DNA of 64,000 bases from Xylographa opegraphella (Eukaryota): positions 1 through 64,000 of the forward strand of contig JALDZX010000057.1 in assembly GCA_022813865.1 (NCBI GenBank). The letters are read 5' to 3'. This document shows, piece after piece, positions 29,932-41,500 of the stretch. Below the pieces are notes generated by a model. The model was not told the origin of the DNA. It saw nothing but the letters and a program-made list of their open reading frames with translations, and searched no databases. Both the position numbers and the translations under genes were made by a program. Each line of letters starts with the position of its first letter. The stretch's first letter is position 1.

Positions 29932-30517
29932 CTATGGCGACGTAGCTACCCAGATCACTGTGATGACCACATCAAACTCCCTCACATCTTCGCCGTCAAA
30001 CTTATAACTCCACGACCCATCCTTCTCCTTGTTCCAGTACGCTCCGGACGCCGAATGCATACCCCGTTTCCCGCTCGATGCCTTAGCCCCTGTCGCAATG
30101 GACCCGTCCAGCTCGGCACCATCTTCGGCGCCAGTGGCCGTCGATGTCCCTGCTGACTGAGTCTGTACTGGCAGGATATTCTGGACGATGGTGCTTGTGA
30201 CGACAAACTTGTAGGGTGATGGTTTGTCGTCGTTCGTTGTATGGTCGATTAATCTGCTAAGAACAGTGTTCTGCATGATTTGTCAATTATATAGTAGCAA
30301 AGGGACCCATAGAGCTAGGGATACGTACGATGACAGCAGTGTTCCATTGTAGAGTCTTGTCGTGTTCGTATTTCTGTACGCCATTGTAGACTGAATGGCA
30401 TACGTCTTTGGTGAGCTTCTCCAGCTCGTCCCTGGATAGCGGCTATGGGGTAAAGATCAATCAGTCAGTATTTCAGAAGTTCTTGCTATGACAAGTTCCT
30501 CTTACAGGGTTTGCCAT
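29932..30517 (-). CDS. Dynein light chain Tctex-1 type, 3 exons
   Basis: MANP|PLSRDELEK...YEHDKTLQWNTAVI|NTVL...PYKFVVTSTIVQ...RGMHSASGAYWNKEKDGSWSYK. Confidence 0.85.
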
Positions 30518-30976
30518 ATTGTTTTTGCTGAAATAATGTCCGGTCGTGCAAAGTAATGCCCGAACTACACGATTGGTCACCCCGGAAAGTACTCCTTGTT
30601 GACCTTAAACGTCTCGCCAAGTTCGGCTAACTACCAACCTAGCAACAAAGCCGCGCCCTAGCGGGGCATCTCCCGCCCGCAGCTGCAACTCTAAGCGGGG
30701 TACTTAGCGAATGAGAGGGGCCGTCGACCGCCCGTGCACACAGCTTCAAATTCTGCCAATGTCGATTTCAATCCTTCATTGAGTGCGCATTGGCTTTCCG
30801 TTCACTGTATATATCGATCCTCGTTGTATAATTAAGGAGTACTGCTATTCGAAGAAGCTTCTGAGCACATTCTTTAGCAGGGAGGGTTTGGTTTGTGGGC
30901 CGAGATTTCTCGTCCCGGAAGCTGTGACGAGCACTTTCTTCTGGAAAGCCAGCAGTGCCCCTCGAACGCGGACAAG

Positions 30977-31468
30977 ATGTCGAGCCAACCACTTCTACAG
31001 TCCGCTCCAGGTTTGTCCTATCTCTCATCTCCTCCCGCCCCTTCTCGGCCAGAGACTTCCAACGCCCGTGCTCCCCCCTCACCACAACGTCCCCACTAAC
31101 TCCCCTTGCCAGGCAAGCGCATTGCACTCCCCACACGCGTCGAGCCCAAAGTCTTCTTCGCCAACGAGCGCACCTTCCTCTCGTATCTCAACTTCACAGT
31201 CCTCCTCGGCGGCCTAGCGATCGGCCTGCTCAACTTCGGAGACTCGGTGGGGCGGATCTCGGCGGGCCTGTTCACGCTCGTGGCGATGGGCACGATGCTG
31301 TACGCGCTGATCACATTTCACTGGCGGGCGAGGAGTATACGGATGAGAGGTCAAGGGGGTTTCGATGACCGGGTGGGGCCGACGCTGCTGGCGATTGCGT
31401 TGGCGGTGGCAGTGTTGGTGAATTTCGTACTGCGGGTTGTGGAGGGAGGGGATGAGGTTGGAAAGTGA
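30977..31468 (+). CDS. VTC1: Vacuolar transporter chaperone 1, 2 exons
   Basis: [37 protein letters not shown]...FDDRVGP. Intron ~31011-31112. Confidence 0.93.
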
Positions 31469-31964
31469 GAGGAAAGCGTATGGGTCAGAGATGGGGGGCG
31501 TGGTGGTCAGAGATGGGGATATATGTCGTTTAGTGAGTAAAATTAAGAGGGAGAAGAGCATGGAGATGTTGTGCTCGCTGGTAAGTAGTTTTGAATATGC
31601 GTGGTGGACACTACCATTGTTCAAACCTGGAAACATGACAGGTACGTTGGTAAGGAGATCTTCGTTGGCTCAAGCTACTGCCGTGACTAGAGAGCAACTG
31701 AAGACGGTCTGGATGTAGTGGCCCGAGTTGGAGCTTATTCAGTGCTCTGAAGTGCTTTGATACAAGCCACTTGACGAATAAATATGGGTATCACGTGCTC
31801 TCAACGACAAAGCGCAGCAGCAAGATACCTCCCGGAAGAAACATTACCCAGTGGCAGCGCCATTTTTGATGAGCTAGTGTAGATATTGTCACTCTAGCAA
31901 ATTTTCCTAATTCGGCCAGGTTTGGCCGGCCTTGTAGAGAAAGCGGGATGTGCAAAGAAAGATT

Positions 31965-32864
31965 CTAGGCGACAGCTTGCTCCCTGCATTCTGCCAGTCA
32001 GCGAGTGCTTGGTAGTCGAAACAAGAGCTAGACATGCCCGTAGAATTGCTTGAATTCGGGAACAGGGACCCTGGATAGATAGATAGTCATCGTAGGGATA
32101 GCTCGGACTTTCTTCCGCTCTTCTGAGTTCGGCACTTTTGCCCGATGAACTGATTCCTTCTTTGTCATTGGCTCAAACGCTTCCTCCTCTTCCGCGTCGC
32201 CGGGTTCTTGCATGGCAACATCGTTGGTTGCTGGTTGCAACGGGGCCTCTACACCAACCTCCTGAGCCGCCTGCCACTCTCGGATTGTCTTCCCGTTCGC
32301 CGTTGGAACATCCTTTCCTTTCTCTCCCTTCAGCGTCCTCGCTTTCAATTCCCCCAGCAAGCTGTCCAATCGTGAGTACTGGTACAAGTGGCCGCCTTCT
32401 TTTTCGGCTTCCCGTTTAACGATCTCCACAACGGAGATCATCTTCGAAACCATGTCGGCCTTTGCATGTAGCGCCACCACGCCTGGTTTGGCTTTCAGAT
32501 CTACGAAACTGAATTTCTCCAGATGGGTCTGAAGTGCCCGGACTTTTTGGGTGATTTTGGAACCGGCGCGGATAGCCATGGTCGCGAAGGCATACTGAGA
32601 CTGAAGATAACGCAGCGAAGGTGGTAGTATGTCAGATGAGACATCTGAACCGACTGAGGCTTCAGGAGTGGTGGTGTTGGCTGTTTCTGCAACCCGTTCG
32701 CTTGCAGGCAGATGAGGCTTTTGTGGATCTGTCGAAACCCGTGAAGTGTCGTCGGCCACTGGTATGGCTTTTATCTTACGACGCTTCTGCAAGAGCTTTG
32801 ATGGAGAAGCACGAGACTTGGGGAGATCGTCAGCAGGACGCTTCTTTCGCGTATGCGTCTCCAT
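31965..32864 (-). CDS. Alba-like DNA/RNA-binding domain protein, 2 exons
   Basis: MAIRAGSKITQKV, VVALHAKADMVSKMISVVEIVKRE, PTMTIYLSRVPVP. A predicted GC-AG intron at 32037-31984 gives a YG|EQAVA* end; without splicing the ORF stops at 32028. Confidence 0.65.
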
Positions 32865-34722
32865 GGTTGTAACGTGTCGTTGCTCACTGGTCGAGCATTA
32901 GCCTTGATGATGTTGCCTCTTCGCCTTTGATTGTGGCAGAGTAAGGCTATCCAGAATGCAGCAGAAAGCTCTGGGTGATTCGAGGTAATCGTACTGCAGC
33001 TCCGAGGGGGAACGGCACTTCAAGTACAATGGTGGATGCAGTGCTTGGTGGTTCGTGTGTCGATCGAGGATCATACCAACACTAAATGGGTAGTGAGGTT
33101 CTAGACGAAGGGAGATAGATGTGAATATTGACAAGGAAAATTCATGCAACATGAGGAGTAAGGTGAAATCTCAGTCGACTTCAAACGCATATCAAATAAT
33201 ACTCGATTAATGCAGCGACGAGACCATTATACCACATGAACAACCGACTCTTGTCTGTGAGTCTGACCCCAGCCCACCGCCAACTCTGTTCTCGGTAAAA
33301 TCTTATAAAAGCGATACGCCGGACAAGCCTTTCATGTTCACGTTCCTCCACAGCGCTTCGCGTATATTCTCAACGGCGCGCTACGTCAATGGCCTACCGA
33401 CGCGACAATGATAAGTCGATCAACGCTAATGTGGCTTGCCGCCGCTAAGCGCTATGCGACAAGCGTCCCACAGATGAGACGGTGGGCGACGTGGTTACCT
33501 TCGTATCAAGAATATAAGGTAAGGTACTTTTCGTATCATGTCTCCTTACTTCTAGCAACTCCGTGTCATTCCAGTACTTGACTCCACCATTTAATACACA
33601 GATTCTCCTTCACAGTACGAATGATACATGCTCTACCACAGTCTTCTAGCATAATGCTGACTGGCTACTTCAGCTCAACTCCCACGTCGTAGGTAGTGCT
33701 CATGCCAAGAGTGCATGATATGACAGCTCTCGCACCTGTCTTGCTTGGCCGTCTGCGCGATGCCTCTTCTCACAGCCGGCATGTCGCAGCAATCAGGACT
33801 GGGGAGTGCTTTTCAACGGTCTCTTCTGCAGCGGGACCGAGGCTTGCGAACGATGGTTGTCTGATGCTGTGATTACGGATACGAATCCGGAGTAATAATG
33901 ATATAATTGTCCGAGGCCGCACTCTCCCTATCGTTCCCCCAGCAGCTTCTCCCCTTATCCAGCCAATCAGAGCATTCTCACCCCGGCCCCGCTAAGGGTC
34001 CATACGACGTTAGTGTTAGTCTTACGCCATCGCTCCCCCATCTGGCTTAGCGGTAGCCTGAGCCCGGTCGAGGGAACTCCTTGCCGCTGCCTGCCTTGGT
34101 CTGGCTCTCTCGCTTCCTCCAAGCCAGCCGCTGTTACGCCCTCGGCCGGCTGCCCGCTGGCTCTCTCTCTCCCTCTCAACTCTCGCTCCCGACTGCTCCG
34201 TCTCTCAACCGCCCCCCCCCCAAATCCTCCTCTCTACCTAAGTCTATTCACCCACCTGCCCTCCTCGTGGCCATTCATCTCTCTCATTCATCACCAACCT
34301 CTTTAATCGTCCTTCTTCTTCATTTTCTTGTTCTCTGCACCAATCGCGCACCTCTGTTTTACGCTGAGCGGACTGTCATGTCGTGACGCCGCCATATGTG
34401 TAATCACACCCTGTCTCAGGCCCGTTTCTCGATCTCGTTTTTTGATCCTCCAACGGATGCACTCGGTGACGCCACGGCATTCACGACATTCCTTGGGTGA
34501 CGGTGATCGCGAGAGACACTTCTCCTTCGTCTGACCCGGGCGATCGCAATCGACAGCGCGCTGTGCGCGACTCATCATTCCCTTTCTATCGTGTTGTTAT
34601 TACCCAACGTTGCCCGACACGCGGCGCAACATTTCCCCACCCAACGTCGAGCCTCGTCCTCGACCAGCAACCTCCGAACACCCCACTTGGTCGCTTCCGC
34701 CGTCCGCTCCCCGTCGCATGGC

Positions 34723-36849
34723 ATGTTCTCGCTACTTCCGTGGAGTGTCAAAGCAAAGAATGAGAAGGTCATGCCTACCATAGCAAATGTGCCCGCATCA
34801 GAGCTCCACCAACCGGCCGCCATGTCTCATCTCGCGGCTCCCAACCAGGCGAAGAGGAAACGGAGGGAAAGCGACGACCTTGCCATATCCCCAACGAATT
34901 GCAGACCTCCGAAGAGAAAGCCAGAGTACATGAGTCATGTTGAGGTTGCAAGAAGACATGATGACTTGCCTGTGACTGGTCTGCTGAATCATGAACCTCT
35001 TCTAGGTCAGACTGGTGATCAAGCTCAACAGCGGAGCAGAAACATCAATCCTGCGGACCTTGACAAAGCAAGTAATGGTGATGCGCCGAACGGTAAACTT
35101 CCACCGCGCAGAGCAGAACGAGAATCAACTATCATGGAGGGGAACGATAGTCCTGTGGTCACTGTTGCGGACGCCGCGACCATGACTCAGCTTCAGGAAA
35201 TCATTGAATCGCAGTTCGGCCTGGAAATACTGCTCAGACATAACGAGTTACGCTTGATCGATCAAGAAATCGCAAAGTGTCAGGTGGCATTGGAGCAACT
35301 TCGCCGTTGCCAGTTGATACCCTATCCTGCATCAACATCGAGTATCAGCGACATGCAAGCCGTCAGTGGTGGTGTCGGACCTACTTATGGGTCTGGTAGA
35401 GATGCACCACAAGCTGCACCTTGGGGTGTCACGGATGGTCCTTACTCCCGGCATTATGCCAAGTGGCTGATTCCGGATCCATTATTCGATGGTGAGCTTT
35501 CCCCGGACACGCAACCTCAGAGCACGGCAGGAAAACGGCTGCCAGAGAGAACGACGCGTGGCTCGAAAGCAGATAAAACCACTCCGGCGTTGAAGTCGCG
35601 ATCGCAGCGTGGATCAGCTGGATCCAGACTCCAAGCCCTTCCCGCTGGTTATCCAGAGCCGAAGGAAGAAAAAGGGCCTATGATAGTGAAACGCTCTACA
35701 GATGGTCGAATGGTGAAGCTGGTGTGTCTGAACTGTCGCCGTGAGAATTTCAACAGCGCCCAAGGTTTCATCAATCACTGTAGGATTGCGCATGGCCGAG
35801 GTTTTGCAAGCCACGATGCCGCAGCTCTGGCGTGTGGCGAAGAGGTGGAGTTCAATGAAGCTGGTGGAGTCATTTCTGATTCAACAGGAGGGGGACCAGC
35901 AAATGCTGGGCTTGTCCACCCTCTGATCAGATCTGCGCTTGCGAGAGGTATCACCTCGATGTCGCCAGCACCCAAACGGAGGAAGTCACATTCGAAGACT
36001 GACTCTGGAAGTCATGTGCCAGACGCCTCCGCTCACACACAGAGTTCCCGACACCGGCCTGGCTTCAGTGTTGTTTCTCCATCAAACGATACCTTCGTCA
36101 GCAAACCGTTCGTACCATCATTATCCACGCCTCATCTATCAGCACTATTCGCCAGAAGTGGTCGGGGTGGCAACCTTAATGAGTTTGTCACTGAAGCGAC
36201 TACACAGACCGAGGTCGACTTGAGCGAGGAAGATGATGGAGACTACGAAATGGAAGATGCCCCGGGAGAACCAAATCCACGCTCAAGTCGGGGCATACTT
36301 CATGGTAGCCTTGCTCCCACAAGGACGACTATGGCTTCTGCTCCATTAAATCGCACCATTGTTAACAAAGCTGTCGAAAGCCCGCCTCGCAAACCCGGAA
36401 ACCTCACTCACGTCGCCAATGTAGACTACGCCTCCCCGTACCACACGCAGTCTTCTGGGCCAATCAATACCGTCCTCTTATCGCATACCCCACCACTCAA
36501 TCTCTCTCCCAATACTATCGAGTCGAACCCTGCTCCCAGTCTTGTGTCCGACGACGAGGACGACTACGAAGACCCACACTCCGATTCGGAAGCCCCGAGT
36601 TCGGAAGCAGGGCACGAAGACGAGGGCCGCTACGTGGTTGAGGTGGAGGACGAAGAAGAGGCGGGCGGTTCCAACGTTGACCCCGAGCTTGCGACGGCAG
36701 TGAAAGCCAGAGCGCACCCAACGAGCAGGCGAAGAAGTGTGCTCCGGACTGCTGTTCCAATTGGCCAGCAGAGAGAGCAGGATACGCGAAGAGTCAGTTT
36801 CCGGAGTCCGACGAGAGACAGCAAGCCCAGCGGAAGAAAGAGGCAATAG
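34723..36849 (+). CDS. AHC1-like (ADA acetyltransferase complex) protein with a C2H2-type zinc finger, single exon
   Basis: IESQFGLEILLRHNELRLIDQEIAKCQVALEQLRRC coiled coil, DGPYSRHYAKWL, CLNCRRENFNSAQGFINHCRIAH...SHDAAALACG. Confidence 0.75.
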   Translation: MFSLLPWSVKAKNEKVMPTIANVPASELHQPAAMSHLAAPNQAKRKRRESDDLAISPTNCRPPKRKPEYMSHVEVARRHDDLPVTGLLNHEPLLGQTGDQAQQRSRNINPADLDKASNGDAPNGKLPPRRAERESTIMEGNDSPVVTVADAATMTQLQEIIESQFGLEILLRHNELRLIDQEIAKCQVALEQLRRCQLIPYPASTSSISDMQAVSGGVGPTYGSGRDAPQAAPWGVTDGPYSRHYAKWLIPDPLFDGELSPDTQPQSTAGKRLPERTTRGSKADKTTPALKSRSQRGSAGSRLQALPAGYPEPKEEKGPMIVKRSTDGRMVKLVCLNCRRENFNSAQGFINHCRIAHGRGFASHDAAALACGEEVEFNEAGGVISDSTGGGPANAGLVHPLIRSALARGITSMSPAPKRRKSHSKTDSGSHVPDASAHTQSSRHRPGFSVVSPSNDTFVSKPFVPSLSTPHLSALFARSGRGGNLNEFVTEATTQTEVDLSEEDDGDYEMEDAPGEPNPRSSRGILHGSLAPTRTTMASAPLNRTIVNKAVESPPRKPGNLTHVANVDYASPYHTQSSGPINTVLLSHTPPLNLSPNTIESNPAPSLVSDDEDDYEDPHSDSEAPSSEAGHEDEGRYVVEVEDEEEAGGSNVDPELATAVKARAHPTSRRRSVLRTAVPIGQQREQDTRRVSFRSPTRDSKPSGRKRQ

Positions 36850-37149
36850 AGAAAAGGGAAAACCGGTGTCTTCGCTGTAACGTTTATGCATGTACACTAG
36901 GATTGGGCTGGTTAGCAAGGCGTTTGCAGGAGCTGAGCATCACAGAGCTCGACATGGCACTGGTCTGATTGGAGACTACTTTCGATTCCCATTCCTTGTC
37001 TTACGAGCTCACGCATGGCTGTGGGCGGCTAGGTTAGCGAGCGGAAGAACTATATACTGTACATAGCCCAAGGTAGCTGCTGCATTGCAAAGCATGCTGT
37101 TAAAATTATATTTGGCTTTTGCTTGTCAACCTTTATTTTCACCATGTTA

Positions 37150-38055
37150 GGGAGCGCATGTCGATGACGGAACAAAGTAAATGTACTCGAGTATTATTCG
37201 GGATTTGGTACGATCGAGGAGTGACTGATACGTCATGCCTCGATTTAAGCATTGGCGGGTATCAAAGATAGGGTTCATTATGAGCCTCGCGCGGCAGTCA
37301 GCCCTTATTGTAACTTTACGACGTATCACTCTCTAGCGTTGTCCCTAACCCTAAATAAACACATCCCTCCTTTCACCATGAAAGTCGGTATAAGTATACC
37401 ATGAAAGTCGTTATAGGCATACCATGAAAGTCGGTGCGAGCATGTCTCTCTCTCAATAATAAGTATGGATCTGCACACTACCAAACTCATCCCATCCCTT
37501 AACTTTTATTGGATAAATACCCTTACAGCCTCGACCCCGAAAACTAGGAAGGAGCACTACTGCACTTTCCCCCAAACCCCCGTGCCTCGTTGACCTCCTC
37601 GGTCCGCCGTAATGTAGCACGCGCTCTTCGGGCTTACCAACCCCACTTGGCTTCGTGCATTTACTATACGTGTAAAGTAGACACGACGCAGGTCACCGCG
37701 GCTGACAAGGGGAGGTTCGTCGGCCCGAGGGGTTGTTGGAAGGGCCGGTGCCGGCCCACCTGCAGCCAGTGATGAACGGCCGAGCGGAGGGCGGAATGCG
37801 GAATGCGGGGCGCTTCTGGTCGTGTTGTGCGAGCGGAAGACGATGGATTTGCGAAGGTGGTTGGGAGAGGGGCGGTGGGGGTGTGTGTGTGTGCGGAGGG
37901 AGGGGGGTTCTATTATACGTTTGAAAGTGATCATCGTTCGCTGAATGTGCTTGCTGGGCAAGGATGACATTGGGACGTTCGGCGAAGGCGTGCTATCAAC
38001 AATAACTGCACCCATTGAACTCTGCAGCTTTTTTGTCGGTCACATGTGTTTCTGT
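37150..38055 (+). ncRNA. Candidate telomerase RNA (TER) gene; boundaries approximate and may extend 3'
   Basis: No credible protein. CCCTAACCCTAA at 37343-37354. Nested long-range helices pair the two ends: 37151-37161/38042-38052 (11 bp), 37269-37277/38016-38024 (9 bp), 37305-37311/37999-38005 (7 bp), 37364-37370/37895-37901 (7 bp). Many G-U pairs form only on the + strand. Confidence 0.55.
37375..37443. repeat. 23-bp tandem repeat, 3 copies
   Basis: accatgaaagtcggtataagtat / accatgaaagtcgttataggcat / accatgaaagtcggtgcgagcat. Confidence 0.93.
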
Positions 38056-38509
38056 CCACAGAAAGTTTGTCTCATCTCAGCATCAATCATCCTATAACAC
38101 TGGAACCTTATTCAACGGAACTATCTGACTGCCGTTGTTCGTTTTCTTTTCTTCTTGCTTATTGAATATGCCAGGAATTCTTAACTATACTTGGTGCTTC
38201 TTGATCGAAATGTCATAACTACGATCGACCGCACGCGATGTGCGCCGCATCGCGAAGCAGCTGCAGCGCTTGGCACCAGAGCATTGAAACTCCCGGACAT
38301 TGCTTGCAGAAAACCGGTGCGCCTTCAGAAATCCAACATCTCCTGCCTTTTCCGGGAGGGCAAATATGAGGCCGTGCCTGAGAGTATGCAATAGCATCTA
38401 CAAATTGTCTCAGACGATATTCAAGCAACGTGGAGGGATAGAACATACCAGGCTCGAGGAATACCAGCAGCGTGTCTCGCAGCTCGCTATTCGGGAACAA
38501 CGCAAGCCA

Positions 38510-41500
38510 TCAGGAACAAGGGTTGATCTTCCATTCTCTGATCCATTCCCGCACCAACCTATCCAGCAACCCCGCCTCCACAATGTCCGGCGCCCCTCTC
38601 ATCGCCCCACTGTCTCTCACAGCCGCCTGCGTATCAAAAGTGACATCGCTTATACCCGCATCCATCTTCTCATCCTCTGTTCCCCCAATCGCCTGCTCCG
38701 CATACCCACCATCCCATTTTTTCTCCCAGAACCCCAGAAGCTTAATACTAGGATTCTTCTCGGCATCAAGTTCACTAGCTCGCATCCTCTTCAACCACTC
38801 GCGCCACGGGACTGCTTCGAATGCAAGCCCCGCTGCGCGTAATGCAGGGACGGCATCACGTGACCAGGAGAAAGTGTGTGGATTACAGATATTGTAGACA
38901 AGCTGCGGGATTGCTTCGGAAAAGCTAGGCTTCATGTTCTCAGTTGGCGCTATATGCGCGAGCTCGAGTATGGTGTGGGAGATGATGTCGACGGGCAGCC
39001 AGGCAAGCTGGTCCTGAGTGCCGAGAGTGATAGGTAAGGCGCCGGTGGTAAGCGCAGAGTGGATGAGTAGCGGAATGGATTGGTTTGGGGGCCATTGAGC
39101 GGATCGGGAAGGAATGATTTGGCCGATGCGGAGAATTGTAGCGCGTACGTTGGCAGTGCTCACGGCTGCTTCGATGATATGTTCGCAGACGAGCTTACTT
39201 TGACCGTAACCGGTTGAGGAAGCTTCATCGAGTGAGTGGATGGGTGCGGAAGGAATAAGTTTGGAATTGATGCTGCCTGGTGCGGTGGAGATGGAAGAGC
39301 AGAATAAGAAGTGAGCGGGCGGGATACGGTTGAGGGAAAGGGAGAAGTTCAAGAGGGAGTTGCAGATTAAAATTTGCGAGCGGAAGGAGGGAAGAGAGAG
39401 GTTGAAATTCACCGGGTAGGCGGCGTGGATAATATGCGTGAGGTGTGATGTTAGATGTGAGATCTGGTCTTTGCTTAGGCCAAGCGCTGGGGAAGCGAGG
39501 TCTCCGATGAAAACGTTAAGCTTGGATTGAAATTCGGATGAGGGAACCTGCGATATTGATCCAAAGGCGGAACTGATCCGTGCTAGGGCTTCTGTCACGC
39601 TGGGCGCCCTAACGTGACACCAAACCGCAAAAACGGCTGGATTTCGGAGAAGGTCGAAGAGAAGTTGCGAGCCGAGAAAGCCGGAGGCACCGGTTAGAAG
39701 CTGTACATGGTGAGCGATAGCGTTAGCAAAGTTTGGATGAACCCACCACTGTGAAGCCCTTTGGGAACCCGTCTGCGTGTTTGATTTTAGGTGATATCGG
39801 TAAGATTTGGTACTCTTCGATAAGTGCGGACATTTGGTCTGCTACACATGCAGCATTCGATTCTCGACCATGCTGCAGATCGTTGAGCGCCTTTGCCAAC
39901 ACTTCTGTATTTCCACAGTCGAGTACGACCATTGGACTCAGCTTTGAGCCAAGGCTGCTCAGACTAAGCTCGCTGATAATTATACTCCTGAATTGCAGTG
40001 CTTTGGAGCTATCAACGCCAAGGTCAAAGAAATCTGTCATCACATGGGGGACGAAGATACCGAATTGGACTTTGAGTGTCTGGACAATCCAAGCTTCCAG
40101 GGCAGGGATCGATAATTTTAATGAACCCTCAAAGGGGCTTTCTAGACGCGTATAAGCGCCGTCAATGAGGTGAGCAAATTTCTGGTAGATAAGAGCGCGT
40201 TGAATAGATGCTTTGTCGGTTGACGGACAATCAATACTTGCTGGTATCAGAACAACGGCATCCCTCCTGATTTGCGAGTATTCTTCAGCTCGGCTGTTAG
40301 CATCTTGTATCGCGGGCCATACACAATCCAGATATTCGTCATCGTTAAAGCGTTCAGAGCTGTTCGCTCTGAATACTAAGAGTCCTAGATGTGGCTTCCC
40401 AGTTCCAAATACAACAGCTTCTTTGACCAAGGAGTCTTGGCGAACGCGACCTTCAATTGATAGAGGTAACATCTTCTCACCGGTCGTCATGGTAATGCAG
40501 TCGTCCAGACGGCCCACAGCCTTCCATGCATTAGTGATGGTGGGATGTGGTTGGAAGAGATCTCCGGTATGGTACGAATTCGGCGGATCGTTCGAATTAG
40601 ACGTTGCCCTGGCCTTATGCCCTTCCAGAACCACCAACTCGTAGGTATCGCCACCTACTGGTTTCATAAGGATGAAAGGAGCGACATGAGGCACCGGCCT
40701 CAGATAGTTCCAAGCTTTATCGCACCTAGGCCGTTTTAAAGACGTGAACACTTGGGCTGTTTCTGTTCTTCAGACATAAGTGGCTCGCCCACCAAGTATG
40801 ACTTGTAGTAACTCACGATCCATACATGCAGCCGAGATGAACTCCTGCTTCAGTCAAGAGCTCCCCGAGCTCGTCCGGGCATTGGCTGCCAGACGAGGAG
40901 ACCACCTTACAAGCCTTCAAGACATCGATCCCATCTTGTCCCTCAGCTAGTAGCTTTAGAACATAGGGAACCGTATACACGATCTCAGGCTGCGCCGCCT
41001 GAATTGCGTTTACCAAATTTTGATGGGTGTGCGGCATGTTCTGATTGAAGATGTATAATGGCTGGTGTTTGTACAACGTCTGGAGCATGATGCTGAAACC
41101 ATGGGTATGAAATAATGGAACCGATATGAACGCTTTGTACTCCATGGCTGGAAGACATATCGCTAGAAGCCTTGCGTGGGTGAAATAGATAGGTCTTGGT
41201 TGCTTGGTTGATCCTGAGGAGTGAAGAACAATCGCTTTCCGCAATGTCTCGGACGGTCCATGTACATCTCGCTGAATGCGTGGGCCAATATCCAAAATAT
41301 CGTACTTATGACGGCTAGGAATTGGAAGATGATTTCCCAGCCAGGTATGTCGGACTTGGTCCGCGATGGTACTCAGGTGGGACGAATACAAAAGCCACTG
41401 ACTTTGAGTTTCCTCGAGAAGATGCAGGTAGCCATCCAAAGCAAGTCGTGGTGAGAGCAACACAGCTACATATCCTAACCTTGACAGGGCGAAGAGATTT

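Noticed and set aside
30583..30707. AAGTACTCC / GGGGTACTT complementarity reminiscent of the RNase MRP/P P4 helix
   Set aside because: Lacks the bulged-U P4 consensus and other conserved regions, spans only ~125 nt, and lies in the short divergent promoter of Tctex1 and VTC1.
37375..37443. Direct repeats with variable tails, as a possible CRISPR array
   Set aside because: Eukaryotic context, only three 23-nt units, the variable parts are related to each other, and there are no cas genes.
37557..38015. 152-aa minus-strand ORF over the TER candidate
   Set aside because: Low-complexity Pro/Arg/His composition with no motif; better explained by the G-rich strand of a structured RNA.
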